A DNA stretch of 63,633 nt, counting the filler, from Dicyema japonicum (lineage: Eukaryota; Animalia; Dicyemida), in assembly GCA_011109175.1 (NCBI GenBank). It is 4 parts of 4 records of this genome, joined end to end, with 100 filler letters (N's around TTAATTAATTAA, not from the genome) between each part and the next. Parts side by side here need not be neighbours in the genome. Positions count along the whole stretch, not along the records: positions 24,409 to 52,753 come from RDEW01000002.1; positions 52,854 to 58,226 come from RDEW01000147.1; positions 58,327 to 63,633 come from RDEW01000003.1; 1 more part is not named here. One strand, given 5' to 3'. A program made the translations under genes and the position numbers. Below the pieces are notes generated by a model. It had not been told where the DNA came from. It made no database searches and worked only from the letters and a program-made list of their open reading frames with translations. Shown here one piece after another: positions 52,501 through 63,633 of this stretch; the stretch's first letter is position 1; every line of letters begins with the position of its first letter.

Positions 52501-54550
52501 AATTAAGATGTCCTGCATTTTTTACAAAGTTGAGCTTACGTATTGACACAGTGACCAAGTTACACATGAGTTCTGAATATCATGTGAGCAAAAAGTTACT
52601 CCAAGGTTATTAACTTTCTTGGTTGGAAGTTTTTTTCCGTACAGGATCAGTGTTGGATCATAGCTAGACAATCTTCTATTACATACTGGGATGATATTTT
52701 CTGAGCAAGAGAGAGTTAATGAATTCGAGTAGGAGTATCGGTGATCATAAAAANNNNNNNNNNNNNNNNNNNNNNNNNNNNNNNNNNNNNNNNNNNNTTA
52801 ATTAATTAANNNNNNNNNNNNNNNNNNNNNNNNNNNNNNNNNNNNNNNNNNNNAGAGAATTAACACTGCATATAATCTGAAATTTTAGACTAATGTGTTA
52901 ATGCTGGCTAACTTGAAATTTAATGGCTTTTTAGACAAAACAAATAAATATTCGCATCTTCATTAAACGTTTCAATCAACAAATTATATTTACATTTCAA
53001 CAGTCAAAAATGATAAAAACACATGTTTTAGAATTGTGAATCTCATTTAACCTAAATTCACAACTGTGAACACATCGATATCCATGATCGACTTTCCAAT
53101 AAATATTGTCTCATTGTTTGCGACTTTCCCCCTTAAAAAATTATATTGTTGGCAATCTCCCCCTTTAAAAAAATTATAACCGATCATAAATCGAGTATTG
53201 GGACAACAAACAATCAAATATATGATTATTGCATTATATCGAAATAAATCAAAATTTATGTATTGCCTTAGCATTCAAAATGTACAGATTCTGTAACGCG
53301 AGGTAAAGAAACATTAGAAAGAGTGTAAGGTCTCAGAGGTTGATCACAGTCGTTATATAATATTAATTAATGATTTAAGGTTTTGAGTTAGTTCTTAGAA
53401 CTGGTGCCTTAGCATTCAAAATTTACAAATTCTGTAACGCGAGGTAAAGAAACATTAGAAAGAGTGTAAGGTCTCAGACGTTGATCACAGTCGTTATATA
53501 ATATTAATTAATGATTTAAGTTTTTGAGTTAGTTCTTAGAACTGGCGTAGTACAAAAAACATTAAGGAAATGAGTGCAGATGTGTTAAAAGTTTTATTAG
53601 ATTTGTTAAAAAAATATTCTATTTCTTATACCCCGGCAAAATGAAATTTGTCTTTCTAATTAAATTTGAGTAGAATACTTAATTTTTAACTGTTTAATCA
53701 AAATTCGGGGACAAACGGACGTAATAAAAAATAAAAAGAATTTAGATTGTATCAAATTAAATATAATTTAAATTTAATTTTGAAATATGGTTTCCCGTCG
53801 ATAAATCTATCATAATTGTGTACCACTCCTTTCATTGTGAAATACAAACAGGCATATTTATAACCGTTAAACTTTTTGAAATTTTTAATTTTAAAATGAA
53901 TCAGATACTAAAAAAAAGTAAATCTAACATATTATGAAATTAATGAATTTAAGGAATTGTCAAAAGATGAAAAATTTTTCAAAAAATCATAAGTATTAGG
54001 ATTTTATTCAATATAAATTATAATTTTTTTAATATTAAAAAAATTGATTTTCAACTTTCGACCCTGAATGGAATATAATAATCATATTTTAAGATCAAAA
54101 ATTATTTTTGTGGTCAAGAAGCGTATCAAATGCGATATAGAACAGAGGATAAATTGTATATAAAACGATTTTTAAAATTTACAGAAACTTTCAAGAGGAA
54201 AACAATCAACTTACATCTGAAAATGATCTGTATTCTAAAATATTAAATGTAATCAGATATCCATTCTCAGTAAGCGAAACTGATTCTGACGTCGACAGCA
54301 TTGAAACAATTTCAGTGTTAGGGGATACTTCCTTATCTGATTTTTAGGAATTTTATAATATTGGAATCTCTTTATTTTTCTGTGTTATATAAGATCTAGA
54401 GTTATTCATAAGAGAATTAACACTGCATATAATCTGAAATATTAGACTAATGTGTTAATGCTGGCTAACTTGANTTAAAAGGTATTTATTTATAATTAAA
54501 CGTTTTGCTTAGTATGGTAAAAAAATTAATCGAAAATATTATTTATTTCT

Positions 54551-55881
<1,331 letters not shown>

Positions 55882-56217
55882 NNNNNNNNNNNNNNNNNNN
55901 NNNNNNNNNNNNNNNNNNNNNNNNNNNNNNNNNNNNNNNNNNNNNNNNNNNNNNNNNNNNNNNNNNNNNNNNNNNNNNNNNNNNNNNNNNNNNNNNNNNN
56001 NNNNNNNNNNNNNNNNNNNNNNNNNNNNNNNNNNNNNNNNNNNNNNNNNNNNNNNNNNNNNNNNNNNNNNNNNNNNNNNNNNNNNNNNNNNNNNNGATAA
56101 AATACTGAGAATATGAATTTGAGTAAGATCCTTGCGTTCTAATCCGATATAAAATATTTTTTGAAGGGATATTAAACATTTAGTAGATGTTAAAATATTA
56201 GAAATGTTAGTAGTTAA

Positions 56218-58226
56218 TTATTTCGTGTCGCATAGCACTGCAACGCCTCTAAGAATCCAATGTTCTGGTTCTTTGCGTGTTTTTAGTAGGAGTGCAAAGA
56301 TATAATTCAAATCAGTACGACGAGGTTTTTTATAAACAGGACATTCGTATAATGTTTTTCCAGATTGTCTTTCCGAATTGGTAGCAAATATATGTACCAC
56401 GGGTAACATTGTGTTTAACACTTTAGGTTGAGGTTCAATTAATCTGGAATTCTTTTTGTCCCATTCGGCTCCATCCAAATATAAACCGTAGACGTACACA
56501 CCTTCCTCCGGGGATTTGGTAATTTCTTCTTTGGAATATTTAAGTATTTCGTTCGCCAACGAGACATTGTCCAATGCCCATCCTTTGTGAGCTCTTGTAA
56601 TTTCTTGTCTCATCGCAGTCAAGAAACCCTATTTTTATTAGGAATTAAATTCACTTGAGGATTAAAAAATCCTGTCATCCAGAATGTTTTGGGCCTGCCT
56701 CCAAATAGCCATGTATTGAGCTGTGCATTTATTTCCAAAAGGTTAGTAAACCAAAATCCAATACTAGTCGACTCCCAAGAAATCTTAATTTTGTTAAATA
56801 ATAGCTATTTTACTTTTGCCCATATTGCTGGAACCCGTGCATCGTAGAGATTATCGAGGGTATCTCGAAGGTTTTCGCTCATTATAATTGTTCCATCAAT
56901 TGCGAGTTTGAGGTCGTTCAGAGTGATGTATACTATTCCGATGACTTTTTTTATTCTGTCAACTTCTTGGCGAAGAAATATATTTAGAGGTTGTAAATGT
57001 CCCATTTTTTGTAATGCATCTCTGATCTAACAAATTATATTTTAATTTTCTAACCTCATAGTCAATATAATTTTGTGGTAATTTACTAAGCATGTCATCA
57101 GCCATTCTGTAAACTGCACTTTCTCTTGTTTCTCCCCCAGTGCCTCCAGCATCCTTAGGTTGAATGCTTACAATAGTGCTCAACATCTGGTTAGACATTG
57201 TAGTTGAATAACTTTAATAATTTATTTATCGATTCACGTTATATCTGCATTAGGATGAAGACCGAAGCATTCCGGAGAATCTACCAAAGGCAAACTTTCA
57301 ATGGAGGTTCGATAATCTTCAATAGTTTTATGACTGGGGATTACGTAATCTTAAAAGATTATATAAAATTATTTAGTTTTTACTTGTGTAGAACTGGAAT
57401 GAAGGAGAAAACATTTGTTCGTTAAACCAAACTTTCGAATATGTAATCAGCAAATATTTGTCGTAATCGTCAGTGACCCTACCACCATATTGAATCTCAC
57501 TAATCATGTAACGTATGGTAACCCACGAAATTCCCTATGTTTATATTTTATAATTAAGACCTTTTTAACGTCGACCTCGTCAAGATAATTACTAATAAAT
57601 TGGACCGTTGCATTAAAATCAGATTGATTGAATTCATAAGGGATATTCCACCCAATTGGTCCAAATTTCCGTCTTTCTTGAACAGTAGTATGCAGAAAAG
57701 CCACTGAATAGAGTAATGGTTTCCACCAGGGGACATTCGTATAGTCCAATTGTTCCTAATATATTATAAATAGTTAAGCACCTGAGTAATTCCTGCATAT
57801 GTCCTCTTCAAACCTGCTCGAATACCTTGTGGAGGCTCGAATGTAAATTTTATTGACGATTGTAATAAATTTATTGAAAACTTTGGATGGACTTCAGTAG
57901 TAATCCACACTCTAAACTTAGAATCAATAGTCTCAGTAGTTTGTAACTAATTTTTAATGCTTTTAATGGTAATATACTGTTTCTAATAGTTCGTCCATAA
58001 AATTCAGTCCGAGGTGACAATTTTGAAGCATTACCCAATTTCCTTCTTGCATGGCCATTTGTATTAGTTTTCTAGCATGTATTTCCTGACCTTGTCCCAT
58101 TGATATGGCATTACATTCTAAATTCGTCATGCTAAATTCCTGGTCTTACGCAGTCCAATCTTTTTTGCAAATCTTTCTATATTGTCAGTTGGATCTGATC
58201 CCATTGATAGAAAACAAATGATCGGA
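56218..58226 (-). CDS. DNAH5: Axonemal outer-arm dynein heavy chain (DNAH5/DNAH8 type), last 10 exons
   Basis: Spliced frame [12 protein letters not shown]...ISMGQGQE...WVMLQNCHL...[18 protein letters not shown]...[10 protein letters not shown]...[22 protein letters not shown]...[14 protein letters not shown]. Introns 58118-58149, 57947-57977, 57756-57781, 57535-57560, 57350-57383, 57212-57237, 57027-57054, 56784-56813, 56629-56654. Confidence 0.95.
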
Positions 58227-58759
58227 NNNNNNNNNNNNNNNNNNNNNNNNNNNNNNNNNNNNNNNNNNNNTTAATTAATTAANNNNNNNNNNNNNNNNNN
58301 NNNNNNNNNNNNNNNNNNNNNNNNNNTTCCACAAGTATACATAATATGAAATTAATTAGACATTTAGTGGAATAACAGCCCGACCAATTATCAAATTGAA
58401 TAACTTGTCCTATCCAATTTAAGAACTCAAAAGCACAAAAATTTATTAATAATTTCGTTAACGATTTGTGTATGAATTCCTTTTATGCTGCTTATATAAT
58501 GAATGTCTGTATATTTTGTTAATGCTGGCTTTAATTTTTATATTTATTTTACTTTCAAAATTTTCTCCAAGAACTATTTATTTTAATGTTGTTGATGGAA
58601 CTTATGATGAAATAATCCATGATATCAACTTTTATAGTTATATCATTAAATCTATCCGTCAGAAGTTAACGAACCAAAAACATAGTTAGCAGAAATGAAA
58701 TAAAAACTTATAACAAATCCAGATATTACTTTAATCTTCAAAACAAGAAAAGTGAAAAA

Positions 58760-59290
58760 TTGGTCATACACCGGCCTCCCTGACTGCGTCGCTATTTCCT
58801 TTCAGGATGGATAAAGCGAATGCTGGTCTCTCCCATAGATCGGTAAGTCTTTATCTGGTGATGCTTACTTCAGTCGAAAAGGATGGTCCTCACATCGTAG
58901 ACGAGACAGGTTTATCCGGATGTCCTTGGAAGAGAGAATTCTGAATAGTCGATTGGAGAAGGGGGCCTGTGTAGTATTTTATTATCATCGAGTTTAGGGA
59001 TGGTTATCGTAGAAACAAAATCGTTAATCTGTTCAAACGTCCCCTTTCTATGAAGCTGGAAAGGATTNGTAGATTAGTCAGGTTTATCCGGATCTCCTTG
59101 GAAGAGAGAATTCTGAATGGTCGATTGGAGAAGGGGGCCTGCGTAGTATTTTATTATCATCGAGTCTAGGGATGGTTGCGCTAATAAGCCAGGTTATCTT
59201 AGAAACAAAATCGTTAATCTGTTCAAACGTCCCCTTTCTATGAGGCTGGAAAAGATTGATGATAGCATTCAAAACAGGTTACAATTTGTC
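58760..59290 (-). mobile_element. Penelope-like element 3' remnant
   Basis: KTYRSMGE...ILKGNSDAVREA (GIY-YIG C-terminal pattern); related pieces at about 16950-17070 (+) and 23000-23070 (-). Confidence 0.45.
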
Positions 59291-60372
59291 ATAATAATTT
59301 TTCTTTTGTGTTTGGATTTGCTTAGAGGAATCGAAAATATAATAATTACTATTAATTTAATATTAAGATATTTTTAAAGAATTTATTAAATATATATAAT
59401 AATAATCTCTGTAAAATAAATTTATGTTAACCTATAAATGTCCATATCCATATGCGCATTTGAATTATTAATTATCTTAATTATTCAAAAACAAATGATA
59501 TTTACTGATAATGGGTTTTCATCCATTATGTATCGAAGAATGTGTAGAGATAGATACGTTGGAAACTGTTTGGTCACATTCTAAGAATGTAGCGATATAC
59601 GCCTGCAAACATCTTTCTGGAAAAATTCTTTCAAACTTCTAGAGTAAAGTCTCCGCGTATAACTCTTATCGAAGTCTTTAATGAGAATTGAAACTTTTAA
59701 CAGAACATTAAGGGACGATGTAGACCTCAGTTGTCTGCTGAGTCTGTTATCGCATAGGCAAGAATGGGAGAGACTAGTATCTCAGATCATACCAACGCGG
59801 CACGAATAGAATTATAACTTATATTATTCTAATAATATTGCCTTATTGACCTGACGGTTATGATACCGAACTTTATAGAACAAGAAAATGACAAGAAAGA
59901 ATGTTACCATGGAAGTTGTCTCACTTGAGTCAATTTTAGGCTTCTAACTAATTGGACGCTCAATAAAGTGGAGTAACATGCTTTGTGGCCTTAAGATTTT
60001 TTCATAATACCTGACTTTATTGATTTTTTTATTATTATTATTAATTTTTTTTTATTGAAAAATATTATTTGAAATTTATTGACATTCGTGTTTAATTAAG
60101 AAAAAAAAATAATTTACAAATTCAAAAAAAACTCCAACGTTGTAAAAAGTGTCATAGTTAATAAATAAATATAATAATTCTTCTGTATTAAGATATTCAT
60201 AATTTTTGAGCTGGACTGAAAATGCGAGCCGACGATATTATTATTATTATTACAAATTCAAAAAAAACTCCAACGTTGTAAAAAGTGTCATAGTTAATAA
60301 ATAAATATAATAATTCTTCTGTATTGAGATATTCATAATTTTTGAGCAGGACCGAATATGCGAGCCGACGAT

Positions 60373-60806
60373 ATTATTATTATTATTATTATAAGCAACT
60401 ACATAGAATCATATAAACTATAATTCTATTCGTGCCGCGTCTGAACAATCCTCTTAATTAGCCTTTCCCATCCCCTCCTGTCCGATGCCAAGTTCCGCAG
60501 ACTACTAAGGTCTTCACCGTCCTTTAGTTGTCTGGTTACTGATCTCAGGTCACCATTAAGGACTTCCGGAAGAGTTATTCTTGGACGACCTCTGAACTTC
60601 TCCCCTGACGTATCGAAGTATTCTTCCATGACGACGTTTGCTGGCGTGTCTTGTTCCAATCTGAGAATATGGCCAAACAATCTCCAGCGAGCCTTCATGA
60701 TCATGGTGCTCAGAGGTCCGGAACCGCATCTTCTATATAAATTTTCACTCCCTACACGCATTGGCCACTTTAGTCCCAAGAGAGACCGAAGTTGCCTTCT
60801 GTGAAA
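60373..60806 (-). mobile_element. RTE element 3' end with (TAA)n tail, young copy running into a gap
   Basis: FHRRQLRSLLG...RWRLFGHILRL...RGRPRITL...LASDRRGW, uninterrupted. Confidence 0.9.
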
Positions 60807-62002
60807 NNNNNNNNNNNNNNNNNNNNNNNNNNNNNNNNNNNNNNNNNNNNNNNNNNNNNNNNNNNNNNNNNNNNNNNNNNNNNNNNNNNNNNNNNNNNNN
60901 NNNNNNNNNNNNNNNNNNNNNNNNNNNNNNNNNNNNNNNNNNNNNNNNNNNNNNNNNNNNNNNNNNNNNNNNNNNNNNNNNNNNNNNNNNNNNNNNNNNN
61001 NNNNNNNNNNNNNNNNNNNNNNNNNNNNNNNNNNNNNNNNNNNNNNNNNNNNNNNNNNNNNNNNNNNNNNNNNNNNNNNNNNNNNNNNNNNNNNNNNNNN
61101 NNNNNNNNNNNNNNNNNNNNNNNNNNNNNNNNNNNNNNNNNNNNNNNNNNNNNNNNNNNNNNNNNNNNNNNNNNNNNNNNNNNNNNNNNNNNNNNNNNNN
61201 NNNNNNNNNNNNNNNNNNNNNNNNNNNNNNNNNNNNNNNNNNNNNNNNNNNNNNNNNNNNNNNNNNNNNNNNNNNNNNNNNNNNNNNNNNNNNNNNNNNN
61301 NNNNNNNNNNNNNNNNNNNNNNNNNNNNNNNNNNNNNNNNNNNNNNNNNNNNNNNNNNNNNNNNNNNNNNNNNNNNNNNNNNNNNNNNNNNNNNNNNNNN
61401 NNNNNNNNNNNNNNNNNNNNNNNNNNNNNNNNNNNNNNNNNNNNNNNNNNNNNNNNNNNNNNNNNNNNNNNNNNNNNNNNNNNNNNNNNNNNNNNNNNNN
61501 NNNNNNNNNNNNNNNNNNNNNNNNNNNNNNNNNNNNNNNNNNNNNNNNNNNNNNNNNNNNNNNNNNNNNNNNNNNNNNNNNNNNNNNNNNNNNNNNNNNN
61601 NNNNNNNNNNNNNNNNNNNNNNNNNNNNNNNNNNNNNNNNNNNNNNNNNNNNNNNNNNNNNNNNNNNNNNNNNNNNNNNNNNNNNNNNNNNNNNNNNNNN
61701 NNNNNNNNNNNNNNNNNNNNNNNNNNNNNNNNNNNNNNNNNNNNNNNNNNNNNNNNNNNNNNCAATCCAAAATTGCCCTAAGCCATAATCTTTGGTCAAA
61801 TTGTTCATTAAAAAGTTCCACGAGAGTATCAATCGACTTTAATTAAATTTATGTAATACCTATGATATTTGTCATAAAAGTTATCATCATGATTCCAACT
61901 AGTAAAATCAGAGATTAAATCGAGAATATTCTCAGACAAACTTTGATCGTACGAAGAANTATTTCATTAACAAATATTACGATTATAGCGAATCATCACT
62001 AA

Positions 62003-62480
62003 GCAATCCAAAATTGCCCTAAGCCATAATCTTTGGTCAAATTGTTCATTAAAAAGTTCCACGAGAGTATCAATCGACCTTAATTAAATTTATGTAATAC
62101 TGATGATGTTCGTCATAAAAGTTATCATCATGATTCCAAATAGTAAACTCAGATATTATATCGAGAATCTTCTCAGACAAACTTTGATCGTACGAAGCTT
62201 CAATAGAATCAATCATTAAGTTGCACAAAGCATTACAGATGGTATTATAGATATGTGGCCAATGTTCTTGATAGGTGTATTCCCTTTCAAAATAACTCAA
62301 AACATACATTAAATAATGAACCAATCTACTATTCCAAACAAGAGGTCGAATTTTCTTGAATTTAGTTAGATTTTCAATAACATTAAAAACTGGTAATAAA
62401 ATGGTATCATTTTCCTTAAATTCTTCAAAAAAATCTTGAATCAAATCAATCCCTTCAAATTCAACAAACAAGGTAACATT
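62003..62480 (-). CDS. ZER1/ZYG11-like ARM-repeat fragment, possibly a pseudogene
   Basis: FVEFEGIDLIQDFFEEF...VIENLTKFKKIRPLV...ICNALCNLMID resembles the ZER1 C-terminal ARM region. Confidence 0.45.
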
Positions 62481-62783
62481 TCATCTCTTTACTTACTGTA
62501 AGGGTTCACAATGTAAAATATGGATGGACGTGATGATCGGACAGGATTACTCCGATCAATGGATTAGTCATTATGTGTTAAATAAATAATATAGAGTCGT
62601 ATGTAAAGGAAAGTTATTAACATGTTGTGAGAACATTAATAAATTTATTTGAATTAATAATATCCTGTTAAATTGTTATATAAACATGCAACGCGCTTTC
62701 TATTCGGTGGCGTTAAAACTCTCTCGAGTTGGCAAAAATGTTGAAAGAAAAAAGGAAAAGGGTCACTAGCGCTACGTGATGGT

Positions 62784-63633
62784 ATGAATGTAATTCTTGC
62801 CATATCCGAGAGCGTTGTGGCAGATGACCCAAAAGAATGGGCGAGGCAGGTAGTCCTGCAGGTACGTAGCAGGCTATCTCGAATGCCCTGGAATGGTTGG
62901 CCATACTTGTCGGAGCTCTGCAGTGGCAGATTCAGTACTGCTATATCTGTGAGTGAACTCAAGAAGATGGCTGTAGGCAAAGAGGGTACTGGTCTAAAGG
63001 GGCGGGGACCAGGTGACCACAACTGTCAAAGAGAGCACGAGCACCAGAGCTGTGATACGTTGCAGCTCAAGCATGTTTATGAGGTCTTTGCGCGAAATCT
63101 CCCTGCAGCGGCAGATGTCCCACTTGAGGACCGTAGATTTACCCGCAAGATTCCTCATTGTAAGGTTAACGGTGTAGTGTTAACCTGCATCAATAAGGCT
63201 GTGGCTTATGCGTTGGAGGCTAAGCCAGTAGGGTCACTGGGTGACATCTCCCTAGTGTTTTATGCAGCACAGATCACCTATGAGGAATTGATGGACAAGC
63301 CCAGACCACTCAGTAAATGGAGGGAGCAGATCTGTGCCAAGATTGATTGGAGAAAGACTGAGCTGGAAGCACTGGAGGGTCACATAAGTAGTGTGGCGAG
63401 AAGGGTTGGAGGAAAAACACCGCCTATAGTAAAGGGGCTAATTAGTAAATTCCGTGTTCCCAAATGGGACCTCAAAGAGTTGAGGAGGGCAAAGGTGGAG
63501 TTAGAGGGGGCAATAATGGTGTATAAGAGGAAACTCTATACACATGAAAGTCGGTGTAAAAGAAGGAGAGAAAATAATCTGTTTGAGTTTAATCGCAGAT
63601 TGTTTTACCGTCGCCTACACGAAAATGGCCATA
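62784..63633 (+). mobile_element. R4/Dong-clade non-LTR retrotransposon ORF, N-terminal part, open to the window edge
   Basis: Uninterrupted GC-richer frame absent from the ORF track: ...VFYAAQITY...KWREQICAKI...LYTHESRCKRRRENNLFEFNRRLFYRRL (R4-type pre-RT motifs). Confidence 0.75.

Noticed and set aside
52754-52853. Recurrent palindrome TTAATTAATTAA
   Set aside because: Artificial scaffold linker. Adjacency across these points is not biological evidence.

Overview
AT-rich animal genomic DNA, not prokaryotic. It is a concatenated assembly: three N-TTAATTAATTAA-N linkers, several long gaps and single-n joins break contiguity. Every host gene I could reconstruct carries 21-35 nt GT-AG micro-introns, which points to a dicyemid mesozoan or a similarly reduced ciliated animal (inference). 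Host genes: the 3' end of an axonemal outer-arm dynein heavy chain (DNAH5/8 type), the kinase half of PFKFB, a LAMP-like type I membrane protein, a frameshifted M1AP homologue, a decayed sorbitol dehydrogenase and a ZER1/ZYG11-like fragment. Most of the rest is transposon debris (RTE, CR1/Jockey-like, CRE-like, R4-like, Penelope-like, hAT, pogo, integrase), plus one intact Tc1 DD34E transposase and several tRNA-headed SINEs. Two observations stand out. (1) A dispersed SINE-like family (about 9 copies, two subfamilies) whose shared core folds with the nested double-pseudoknot topology of HDV-like ribozymes but has non-canonical loops. (2) A decayed piece of about 1 kb of a Bacteroidetes chromosome (miaB followed by a sigma-54 activator, bacterial gene order kept) embedded among host sequence. 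All protein identifications come from motif recall, not database searches.
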